IMG/VR virus record: IMGVR_UViG_3300025018_000003
Span: 26,707-90,706 of that record
Reading direction: 5' to 3' (one strand)
Length of the DNA: 64,000 nt
Source: a virus
Lineage: Duplodnaviria; Caudoviricetes
The notes beneath the pieces are model-generated. The model was not told the origin of the DNA and made no database searches. It was given only the letters and a program-made list of their open reading frames with translations. Each line of letters opens with the position of its first letter. Position 1 is the first letter of the stretch. Shown here piece after piece: positions 19,145 through 27,301 of the stretch. The position numbers were made by a program, and so were the translations under genes.

Positions 19145-20386
19145 CTAGACGATGTCGTGGATGTCTTCGATCCAGCGGACAGTGCCCCGGGGGAGCTTCT
19201 TCTGTCTGGATCGCAACCACTTCTCGTCCTGAGTCCCCTTGGCGTAGACCTCGACGATGACCGTTCTCTTGCCCTCCACTGCTCGCAGGGACCTTCCATA
19301 TCGCTGGATGGCCTGCAGAGGAGTGGCGGACGCAGAGACGACCACGACCATGTCCACGTCTGGGATGTCTGCTCCCTGGTCCATCGCCTTCGCCGTGCAG
19401 AGTACACTGCAGGTATTGAGATGGTGCTTGGAGGCAAAGCGGTCGATGGCAGCTTGCTTAACCGCGGTCGCGGTTATCTTTTTGCCGTTGACCTTCTTGC
19501 CCTTCATCTGGGAGTGGTAGACTTCAGCACGAGATCCCAGAGCCTTGGCCAGACGTTCTGCAGACTCGATGGTCTGACTGAACGTGATGACCATCCTCTC
19601 CGGGAAGAGGTTGATGACGTCGATGGCAGCGTCATGCTTGGAGGGTAGATTGTACAGGAAGTCCTTGCGTTGCCGCATGTTGGACATCCACTGATACGCT
19701 GATGCCTGCAGCCGCTTCTCGTCCCACTGCAGCTGAGCCGCGTAGGCCCGCAGAGCAGTAGGATTCGTCACGCACTTCATTGCGAGATCGAAGTTGTGAC
19801 CGAAGGCAGCAAAGTACCGGTTGAAGTCCTTGGCGAGCTTCTCGTAGGTCTCTGCTTCATCACCCTCCAGAGTGAGTCCCAGGTTGTACACCTGGAAGGG
19901 CGCAATCCATCCGTTGTCCAGAGCTTCCTTCATGGTGACCTGATCGATCACCGGACATCTCTGGTGGATGAGTTCCGTCCTTGAATCGTTCTCACGCAGG
20001 GTTGCAGTGAGACCGAACACATAGCCATAGCTGACGCGGTCGAAGATCTGGCCAAAGACCTCCGCCGTGTACTGGTGGATCTCATCCAGCACCAGCAGAT
20101 CCACAAAGTGAGTCTGCTTGACGGCGCTGTTGATGACCCAGACTTCGACGTTGTCAAGATCGAAGTCAGCCAGTCTCTCCAGCCATTGTTCCTGGAGATA
20201 GAGAGTGGGCACGACCACCATGACCGACAGCTCCGGGTAGATGCTTCGAACATGCTTGATGCCGAGCATCGCCATGATCGTCTTCCCGAAACCCGTGGCA
20301 CATTCAGCTGTGCCAACCATCCCGGCCTCAAGCCATTTGCGGATGATCCGGTCCTGTCTGGCCTTGCGTACCGGGTCTAGTTGCAT
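19145..20386 (-). CDS. Superfamily II DNA/RNA helicase
   Basis: ATGFGKT, DEIH, LTAT and QRYGRSLR motifs. Confidence 0.92.
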   Translation of the reverse strand: MQLDPVRKARQDRIIRKWLEAGMVGTAECATGFGKTIMAMLGIKHVRSIYPELSVMVVVPTLYLQEQWLERLADFDLDNVEVWVINSAVKQTHFVDLLVLDEIHQYTAEVFGQIFDRVSYGYVFGLTATLRENDSRTELIHQRCPVIDQVTMKEALDNGWIAPFQVYNLGLTLEGDEAETYEKLAKDFNRYFAAFGHNFDLAMKCVTNPTALRAYAAQLQWDEKRLQASAYQWMSNMRQRKDFLYNLPSKHDAAIDVINLFPERMVITFSQTIESAERLAKALGSRAEVYHSQMKGKKVNGKKITATAVKQAAIDRFASKHHLNTCSVLCTAKAMDQGADIPDVDMVVVVSASATPLQAIQRYGRSLRAVEGKRTVIVEVYAKGTQDEKWLRSRQKKLPRGTVRWIEDIHDIV

Positions 20387-20437
20387 GGGACAGTGGTGCC
20401 TTGAGTGGACAGGTGTCCACTGGTGTGTACAGGTGTT

Positions 20438-20878
20438 TCAGCGTTCCCCGAGAGTGAACAAATCACCCCCTGAAATCATCAAAAACAGAAGGGTTTTGAC
20501 CCTTTCGTAGGGGTTGGGGAAGAGCTTGGCAAAGCGTTCTATCTGTTGCCAGAATCGTTCCGCTTCTCCCTCCCCACAGTAGAGTTTGAAGAACCGGTCC
20601 ATCAGATGGGCACGGTGAGGATCGGCGTAGAACGCCGCCTCCATCTTCATCAGCTCGACGTCGTCGAAGAGATGCTCTACGATGAACCTCCGGTTGTGCT
20701 GAAACTCGATGTATGAGGCGTCGGCCAGGAGCAGCAGGTGGTAGAGGAAGTCGACAAGGTCGACGGTCTTGAACACCGGCTGGAACTGATGCTCCAGTCG
20801 ATCATCATGACCGTCGAACCTGCCGAGCTTCTCATATCCCTGCAGCGCCAGCTCAGCCCCCTTGGGTTTGTCCTTCAT
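20438..20878 (-). CDS. Hypothetical protein
   Basis: TGATG-coupled to PolB. Confidence 0.7.
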   Translation of the reverse strand: MKDKPKGAELALQGYEKLGRFDGHDDRLEHQFQPVFKTVDLVDFLYHLLLLADASYIEFQHNRRFIVEHLFDDVELMKMEAAFYADPHRAHLMDRFFKLYCGEGEAERFWQQIERFAKLFPNPYERVKTLLFLMISGGDLFTLGER

Positions 20879-22728
20879 CAGAACAGCTCCGCTTGCTTGG
20901 ATTGGAAGAGCTGGATGATCTTGTTCGCCTCCCGGATGTACCAGACGTACTTGATCGGCTCACGGTTGTCGTTCACCAGATCGTTCAGGATGCAGACGGA
21001 TTCACCAGCCACGAGGGAGATGGTCTTCGTGTCAGAGACCTTCAGGAGAGACCCGCCTCTCGTGGAGACGTAGTACCTGTTGGCCTTCTGACACTTCGTA
21101 CGACGCACCTGCATGGTGTCAGTATCGATCTCGTCGTAGACGATGTCGAAGGCTGCTCCAGCATTCTGCGCCATGCAGAAGTCCAGGATATCCTCGTGGT
21201 TCGGGATGAACTCTTCCGGGGGGATGCCGTCGATGAAGAAGGCTCTGACAGCCATCGGGACGATGGGCTTGTCGAAGCCCTTGCGGAGGTCCTTCCACCT
21301 CTCGGTGTCCAGCACTCCCTTCATCTTGACGCTGCCACCCTTCTTCGTGACCAGGTAGTTGTTCACATCCCTGATCACCGCGGTATCGAACTCCATGAAC
21401 TCCAGGGAGAACCCAGTGTACTCCTCCCAGTACCTGCAGATCGCGTTGTACGTCTCACGCTGGTCTGGTCTCACCTGAGAGGTGATACCGTCGGTGTTGG
21501 CGTAGATCACGGGGATCCCCACCTCCTCCAGCGCCTCGACGAGCATCAACAGGAAGAGCTGGCCGTTCACCGTGACTCGGTACATGCAGAGCATGTCGTA
21601 GAGCCAGTGGTGTTCGAAGCCGGTCTTCCCGAAGATGCTGTTCACTACGATCTTCAGGGCAGCCGCAGCCACCTTGTCTCCATGTGCCTTGGCTGCCAGC
21701 CGCCTCTCGGTGAGAGACTGCAGCAGGACCAGGAACGAATCGTTGAGGTGCTCCGGTTTGAGCGAGTACTTGGTCATGATGGTCGGGTAGTACGACCCAA
21801 CGTCAGCATCCACCAGAGCCAGGTCAGGTGAAGACTCAAAGAGAGAGGTGGGGTTGTTCGAGTGGAGACCACCCACACCCACATCATAGACTCCTCCGTT
21901 GATCCTGACACGATACTCCAGCTTGGTGCCTGAGGTAGGGATCGTTCCCTTCTTCACGTCGGCCAGCCACTGCTGCATCTTCTTCGTCTGGAAGCGGATT
22001 TGCGGCAGCACGACGTCGGACATCTGGATCTCATTGCGCTGGGTCCTTCCGTTGATGAACATCTCCGGAGGCATACCAGTCGCATCTGAGTACAGCTTCT
22101 CCAGCAGGCGGTTGGCCATGCCGGAATCAGGCTCGTCCATCACGTTCACCTTGTAGGAGAAGGAGATCGAGGCCCGCAGGTTGATGTCCTCTCGCATGCT
22201 GTTGTACAGCTCACGGGTGACGAGGACATCGTTGATGTTGTAGTCCCTGGCTTCCTGGAACGAATCCTCAGGCAGGGGACTGAACGGAGAGTGGGGCATG
22301 TCCCTGATCAACGGCCAACGCAGGTTGATGGCGACCATCTTCAGGGACTTCTGAATGTTGCCCACTCTCATGAGATCGAACGACTGGAAGTAGCTCCGAT
22401 ACTTCAGGTGCTTCGGTGAACCACCATCGATGATCTTCTGGGCCATCGAGAAGACCAACTCGCAGAACTCTGCGGAGTCGCCCTTCTTCAGATAAGGCCA
22501 GTAGTACAGGATGTAGTTCATCACCACGTTGTCGAAGTAGTGGTTGTTGTACCCTACAAAGTGGCGTGTCTGCACGTTGAAGAACTCGAAGATCTGTTCC
22601 CGCTGATCGATCTCCTCCGACACTTCGAGCAGCTGAACCTCGTCGTGATCAGGGCGCATGACCCCAACCAGGAAGAAGTTCGACCAGGTCTCGATGTCGT
22701 AGATCCACACATCAGCTTGCTTGGCCAT
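20878..22728 (-). CDS. polB: DNA polymerase family B (crAss type)
   Basis: ExoI YDIET, ExoII GYNNHYFD, ExoIII YNINDV; Pol motifs DVGSYYP, KIVVNSIFGKTG and YANTDG. Confidence 0.93.
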   Translation of the reverse strand: MAKQADVWIYDIETWSNFFLVGVMRPDHDEVQLLEVSEEIDQREQIFEFFNVQTRHFVGYNNHYFDNVVMNYILYYWPYLKKGDSAEFCELVFSMAQKIIDGGSPKHLKYRSYFQSFDLMRVGNIQKSLKMVAINLRWPLIRDMPHSPFSPLPEDSFQEARDYNINDVLVTRELYNSMREDINLRASISFSYKVNVMDEPDSGMANRLLEKLYSDATGMPPEMFINGRTQRNEIQMSDVVLPQIRFQTKKMQQWLADVKKGTIPTSGTKLEYRVRINGGVYDVGVGGLHSNNPTSLFESSPDLALVDADVGSYYPTIMTKYSLKPEHLNDSFLVLLQSLTERRLAAKAHGDKVAAAALKIVVNSIFGKTGFEHHWLYDMLCMYRVTVNGQLFLLMLVEALEEVGIPVIYANTDGITSQVRPDQRETYNAICRYWEEYTGFSLEFMEFDTAVIRDVNNYLVTKKGGSVKMKGVLDTERWKDLRKGFDKPIVPMAVRAFFIDGIPPEEFIPNHEDILDFCMAQNAGAAFDIVYDEIDTDTMQVRRTKCQKANRYYVSTRGGSLLKVSDTKTISLVAGESVCILNDLVNDNREPIKYVWYIREANKIIQLFQSKQAELF

Positions 22729-22949
22729 CAGCTCACCCACGCTAACTGATCACGAGCCTCTTCGAGGTAGGAGAGAGCATCCTTCAGGCTGCGGTAGGCC
22801 TCATCCAGATTGTCAGAGGCTTCTTCGCCCGCGGAGTAAAGAGCCTGGAGATCTTCCAGCTGCTCCTTCAGAGCCTTGGACTGCGTGTGGATCCTCTCTT
22901 TCTCCTTGGTGAGCTTCGAGATCATCGAATCAAGTTGTTGCTTGGTCAT
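22728..22949 (-). CDS. Small coiled-coil protein (MTKQQLD...)
   Basis: Coupled by overlaps on both sides. Confidence 0.65.
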   Translation of the reverse strand: MTKQQLDSMISKLTKEKERIHTQSKALKEQLEDLQALYSAGEEASDNLDEAYRSLKDALSYLEEARDQLAWVS

Positions 22950-23074
22950 GTCCATGCTCCGGTTGGTGGATCTTGGTGTTCGTCGTCCCAGCGCTTGGCC
23001 TTCGTCCACATGACGAGGATGAAGGCAATGAAAGAGACCAGGGAAATGGCTTCAATGATGTTCATCTTTTTCAT
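22946..23074 (-). CDS. 42-aa single-TM peptide MKKMNIIEAISLVSFIAFILVMWTKAKRW...
   Basis: Read by hand; ATGA overlap with the next gene. Confidence 0.6.
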   Translation of the reverse strand: MKKMNIIEAISLVSFIAFILVMWTKAKRWDDEHQDPPTGAWT

Positions 23075-23261
23075 TCTCGCCTTGGCGGATTAGGTGGAGG
23101 TGTTCGTTGGCCTGCTGCAGCTCCTCGACGATCAGTCGGTAGTGCTGCAGCTGCATCTTGGCGTTCTCCTTGGAGATGTTGTTCGCCTCCTTCATCCGAC
23201 CAGCGATCAGGGCGAGGATGAAGATGATGGCCACTACGATGATGATGAGAGCAGGTGACAT
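23052..23261 (-). CDS. Small membrane-anchored coiled-coil protein
   Basis: N-terminal hydrophobic stretch MSPALIIIVVAIIFILALIAG. Confidence 0.65.
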   Translation of the reverse strand: MSPALIIIVVAIIFILALIAGRMKEANNISKENAKMQLQHYRLIVEELQQANEHLHLIRQGENEKDEHH

Positions 23262-23262
23262 G

Positions 23263-23511
23263 TCAGTCCTCGTAGGTGATGAGGAGAACGTTCTCCAGCT
23301 CGATGTTGTGAGTCTTGTATCCACCCTCACCATCGACGATGTCGACGCAGAGCATATCCCTGGTGGGATCGAAGTTTCTGCCGGTGTCGTGCAGGCGGAG
23401 CCCGATGAACTCCACGGTCCACTTCGGGAAGAAGGGATCCTGGTGCCCAACGGTGAACGAGAGGTTGGTGTCGCCCTGCATCGCGTGCAGGACAGCGTGG
23501 ACGACGTTCAT
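23263..23511 (-). CDS. Hypothetical protein (MNVVHAV...)
   Basis: ATGA overlap with the upstream gene. Confidence 0.65.
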   Translation of the reverse strand: MNVVHAVLHAMQGDTNLSFTVGHQDPFFPKWTVEFIGLRLHDTGRNFDPTRDMLCVDIVDGEGGYKTHNIELENVLLITYED

Positions 23512-23708
23512 TTTTTCTTGGGTTTGATGACCAGCGTGTTGAGCGCTGACCAGAATGGGACGACGTCTCCCTTCTTGGCCTTGCACTTGTCGCAGACCTT
23601 GATGGAGATGCCGCCGTTGGTGTTGACGTTGTGTTTTGCCGTGTTCTTGCAGCGATAGCCGAGCTTGTCGGACGCATGCTCACACTGCGGTCCAGTCTTT
23701 CGTGGCAT
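23508..23708 (-). CDS. Small zinc-finger-like protein
   Basis: C-x9-C...H...C-x2-C pattern. Confidence 0.65.
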   Translation of the reverse strand: MPRKTGPQCEHASDKLGYRCKNTAKHNVNTNGGISIKVCDKCKAKKGDVVPFWSALNTLVIKPKKK

Positions 23709-23711
23709 GGT

Positions 23712-23747
23712 AAAAAAATGGGAGAAGGGCCCGAAGACCCCCCTCCC
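23712..23747 (-). terminator. Intrinsic terminator with UUCG loop
   Basis: GGGAGGGGGGTC-TTCG-GGCCCTTCTCCC-A-T7 on the minus strand. Confidence 0.85.
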
Positions 23748-23792
23748 TGTCCACCACCACGCGGACAGCCGGTCATGTACCGGCAGACAGGG

Positions 23793-24140
23793 TCAGGGGT
23801 TGTTGGCCCAGAACTTGGTGACGTGATCCAGGACTTCTTGAGGTTCCATCCCAAAACGTCTGCGACGGACAATACCCATCTCCTGACGCATGCGGGAGAA
23901 CTCCTGGTACACGTTGTCCGGTACCAGACAGTCGAGCACCGGAGAAATGTGATCCATGGGGAGAGACCCCTTGGAGGCGCGGACATAGTGAGCTCACTTG
24001 TGACCATACTTGATGACACGGATGGTCTTGGCGTTGGTCTTCACGTACAGCGCCCATTTGATGTTCTGACTGCTCCACCAGGAGTCGTTCGTCAGGATGA
24101 CGATATCTCCCGGTTCAGCTTTCATGCCGAATGGTATCAT
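23793..24140 (-). pseudogene. 115-codon reading frame interrupted by one in-frame TGA (23994-23996)
   Basis: Hand translation MIPFGMK...KYGHK*AHYVRASKGSLPMDH...FWANNP*. Confidence 0.5.
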
Positions 24141-24263
24141 GGTGGTCTGTGGCTGGTGAAAATGGATGAGGCCCCCCAGTGATGGCTGGGAGGCCTCTCT
24201 ATTAGGTCCCCACCCCCATCAAGGCGAGTCTGAGGGGACCATAGGTGCTGCCGTGGCAGCTTG

Positions 24264-24627
24264 TGGAGGTGCCGGGAGTCGAACCCGGGTCCTGTATGTC
24301 TTCTCTCAGTCCTGACGAGCGTCCTCAAGTTGGGGAGTGAGGTCTCCCTGGGGCTCCTAAGAGCATCTCCACCACCAAGTGATCAATCCCGGCTCACTTG
24401 GAAGCCGACGGGTCTTTCCCCCGCAGTCAACAGATGGATGGCACCGGTCTGATCCCTATCTGCGTCAGGGACCGATGGCTCTAGGCCGCCAGACGAGTCT
24501 GACGAACCATGGCGTATGCGTAATCGTTGGCGATTATGCTGTTGCAGCGCATGTTGATGAGGTGTTGCTGCAGTTCCTCAGCTCGTGTTCCTTGATCTGT
24601 CCATCCAGTCGAAGCCGTTACACCCCC
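24264..24627 (-). ncRNA. ssrA: tmRNA; tag ANDYAYAMVRQTRLAA* at 24481-24531
   Basis: 5' GGGGGTGTAACGGCTTCGAC; 3' GGACCCGGGTTCGACTCCCGGCACCTCCA; G3-U70 Ala acceptor stem; ATAATC before the resume codon; tag ends in AA. Confidence 0.95.
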
Positions 24628-24673
24628 AGAGCGCCTCCCGGGTGTGACCCCGGGAGGACTTGGAAGGGAGCTT

Positions 24674-26116
24674 CTACTCCTCCAGCAGGGCTTCGAGTTC
24701 CTCGATGGACTTGCCTTCGAGGTCCTCCTCCTGCTTGCGGGCGATGAGTTCCGCAATCCGCTGACGCTTCTTGCGAGTCTCAGCCGCAGCCAGAGCACGG
24801 TCACGATCAATGACCTTGGTCTGGAGGATGTCGAGCACGACGTCGAAAGCCAGCTGAGCCTCGATGTTCTTCGCTGACCTCTCGGTCAGGAAGGACTTGG
24901 CCGCGGACTTCTCCACGGCTGCTTCGAGGTTCACCGCCAGCTCATCCAGCACCTGGAGATCGAGATCCCACAGCTGCTCGACGGACAGAGGTCCGCGCTC
25001 GGTGTTGATCCGCAGCTTCTTGCGGGAAGCTGCCTTGACGCCGTCGAAGATCGAGATGTCCTTGACCGAGCCATCACCCGGGTTCAGGTGCAGGATCTCC
25101 GAGACCTTGATGTCACGCAGGGTCGCCAGCCGACGCTTGAAGGCGGAGGTGTACCCGTTCTCCTCACAGAACTCACGAGCATTCTCGATCATCTGCTTGG
25201 TGATGGGGGCCTTCGCCTTCATGTAGTTGGCCGGGTCCACACGGACGTTCCAGGCCCTGCAGGCCGCGTTCAGTTCCATACCCTCGGACAGTTCCACGCA
25301 GAGCACGCCGATGAGTTCGTTCCTGAACTTGGCCATCGGGAATCCACGTGACTCCACCCAACACCAGCGGTCCCGAAGAGCCGGAGGAATCTGGTCGAAC
25401 ACGCGCTTCTTCTCGATCATAGCCTGGACTTTCGACAGGTGCGCATCACCATTCAGGAGCGAGCCCTGAGTGATGAGGTCACGCACCAGTTCCAGCGTGT
25501 CCAGCGGGATCTCGTTGAGACCACGCTTGAACACGTTGTAGGCATCGCGCATGCGGCCCTGCACTGCCTCGATGGAAACCTCGTTCATGAGAACGAAGGC
25601 CTTGTCGACGAACAGGTGCATGTGTTCCCACACGCGGGTCTCATTCGCCTTGACCACGCCGAACTTGTCCGCCTCGTCCTGGGTGTAGCACTTCACGTTG
25701 GAAGACACACCCAGCTGGAAGCGTTCGTTCTTGCGGCTGCAGGACTCGTAGGGCAGACTCTTCAGTGCGTCGAAGGTCTCGTAGAAGACATCCTGGATGT
25801 CCGCTCCTCGCAGGAGGATGGACAGGACGCGAGCCACATCCTGCATCTCCAGGTCAGTGACCTCGTCGAAGATCGACATGACCTGGAGTTCATCATCGAT
25901 GGCAACGATGTTACCGTACCGACGGATGAAGTTGTGGCAGTTGTTGCAGTTGTGGTACGAGCTGGACGGATCCCTGAACACCGGGTTGGTGCCTTCCGGG
26001 AACGAGGCCAGGTACGCATTCCACAGCTCACTGCCGGTGATGCTCGATCTGAAGAGCAGACCAGTGGCCTGCATCTCCTCAAATCGCTTCTGCATCTGCT
26101 GAGCCATCTGTTTCAT
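24674..26116 (-). CDS. Conserved phage hypothetical protein (CxxCxxF motif), apparently fused to a C-terminal coiled-coil domain
   Basis: HNCNNCHNFIRRYGNIV and VDPANY motifs; C-terminal RKKLR...LSVEQLWDL...KSIEELEALL. Start reassigned to MKQMAQ. Confidence 0.75.
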   Translation of the reverse strand: MKQMAQQMQKRFEEMQATGLLFRSSITGSELWNAYLASFPEGTNPVFRDPSSSYHNCNNCHNFIRRYGNIVAIDDELQVMSIFDEVTDLEMQDVARVLSILLRGADIQDVFYETFDALKSLPYESCSRKNERFQLGVSSNVKCYTQDEADKFGVVKANETRVWEHMHLFVDKAFVLMNEVSIEAVQGRMRDAYNVFKRGLNEIPLDTLELVRDLITQGSLLNGDAHLSKVQAMIEKKRVFDQIPPALRDRWCWVESRGFPMAKFRNELIGVLCVELSEGMELNAACRAWNVRVDPANYMKAKAPITKQMIENAREFCEENGYTSAFKRRLATLRDIKVSEILHLNPGDGSVKDISIFDGVKAASRKKLRINTERGPLSVEQLWDLDLQVLDELAVNLEAAVEKSAAKSFLTERSAKNIEAQLAFDVVLDILQTKVIDRDRALAAAETRKKRQRIAELIARKQEEDLEGKSIEELEALLEE

Positions 26117-26306
26117 TGGTGTTGTTGGTTTCGGGGAGGGCCCCATGTTTGAGAAGCCAGGTGTCAGGATCCTGACGGATCTCGAAGTAGAACTCAAACT
26201 GCGGGAGTCTGCGGTCTACCTTGGAAATCTGTATTGGGAGAGTGTCACGGCAGATCCGGGTACGGCTGTGAGCCTTCCGGGTCTGGGTGTCGTTGATGCG
26301 GATCAT
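26079..26306 (-). CDS. Hypothetical protein (MIRINDT...)
   Basis: ATGA overlap with the upstream gene. Confidence 0.55.
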   Translation of the reverse strand: MIRINDTQTRKAHSRTRICRDTLPIQISKVDRRLPQFEFYFEIRQDPDTWLLKHGALPETNNTNETDGSADAEAI

Positions 26307-26626
26307 GGAAGCTCCCTCCAGCTGATGATGCAAGAGACATCCTGATCTGCAGGCACGGCGTTGACCTGGTTGTCGAAGTGCCAGATCTCAATGTGCATCG
26401 GACGATAACGGTACTTGTTTGAGCCACTATAGGCCCTTACGGTCATAGTCACTTTCCTGCAGTAGCCGGATGGCTGGTTCAGGAACATGCGACTCTTCCC
26501 GAACCCCGTCTTGATGGCTTCAAGAGAGGAGTTGAAAGGGAGAGCGCTGAAGGACGAGTGGGGTGGGTGGAATCCTTCGTCGATCTCTTCGAGTTCGAGG
26601 ATCCACAGTCTTGGGGTCGCGTTCAT
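26303..26626 (-). CDS. Hypothetical protein (MNATPRL...)
   Basis: accacc-ATG leader. Confidence 0.65.
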   Translation of the reverse strand: MNATPRLWILELEEIDEGFHPPHSSFSALPFNSSLEAIKTGFGKSRMFLNQPSGYCRKVTMTVRAYSGSNKYRYRPMHIEIWHFDNQVNAVPADQDVSCIISWRELP

Positions 26627-26634
26627 GGTGGTGT

Positions 26635-27076
26635 TCGAAAGGTGAGCCCTGCAGTTGGCACAGAGATTGAACCGCAGGTACAGGAAGCATTGATGTGAGG
26701 ACCATGGCCATGCGCGAGAAGCGAGGCGGAAAGAAGGGAGGCAAGGGCGGCAAGAAGTGCTGACCCATTGAGGCAACTCCCAACGGAAGTCAGTTGTGAC
26801 CTCTCCACACGTTCAGTTCGCTGCAGGGCTGTTCGATCAGGCAACAGGTCCTCACCAGGGATGCCAGTCGGGTTACTTGCTGCTTCGATCCCCCACCGGC
26901 TGGTCAAATGTGACCGCAACTCACGAGAGTGTGCATGCAGCCTGGTGTTGGAGCCGACGAGAGTCTCGGCACGGGAGTCACCCCAGCGATGAAGCAGCCG
27001 CCGCAAGGCGAAGGCCGGTCAGCGATGGCCGCAGGGGAGGGGGACGTCCGACCGTCCGTTCGTCCGCCCAATCCCC
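26635..27076 (+). ncRNA. Candidate large structured non-coding RNA (unassigned)
   Basis: 456-nt gap in the minus-strand operon with multiple long-range helices, four GNRA-capped hairpins on the plus strand and a crossing 8-bp helix. Confidence 0.65.
26704..26763 (+). CDS. 19-aa basic micro-ORF MAMREKRGGKKGGKGGKKC
   Basis: GAGG-ACC-ATG context; lies inside the structured RNA candidate. Confidence 0.4.
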   Translation: MAMREKRGGKKGGKGGKKC

Positions 27077-27082
27077 CACAAC

Positions 27083-27301
27083 CTACCAGTCCTGCTGAAG
27101 AACAGGTTCGACATCGGAGTGTCCACGATCATAGACGTGGTACGTCCCACATTGACGACACTGCAAGTGAGTCCTGTCCCCGACATGAGGGCCAAGGTAG
27201 AACTTGGTGTGACCACAGGAATGGCAAGAGTACCGTGGGCGAGAGACCTGAAGCCACCACGCCATCAGCTTGATGAACCATGGGGGGCCGTGCCTATCCA
27301 T
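27083..27301 (-). CDS. Zinc-ribbon protein
   Basis: CHSC...CRQC. Confidence 0.65.
   Translation of the reverse strand: MDRHGPPWFIKLMAWWLQVSRPRYSCHSCGHTKFYLGPHVGDRTHLQCRQCGTYHVYDRGHSDVEPVLQQDW

Noticed and set aside
11128-20430. TGTACAC...AAGG.CAC...CATG similarity upstream of rIIA (about 11100-11140) and the SF2 helicase (about 20390-20430)
   Set aside because: Too short and gapped to distinguish from chance with two copies.
26945-26972. Group II intron domain V resemblance (GAGCCG...GAGA...bulge)
   Set aside because: Only about 22 nt versus about 34 nt for D5; no D6, no GUGYG 5' end, and no interrupted host gene or RT.
26635-27076. RNase P RNA or cobalamin riboswitch (given the B12-dependent RNR)
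   Set aside because: The P4 signatures (GAGGAAAGTCC / CGGCTTA) and B12-box motifs were not found on either strand.
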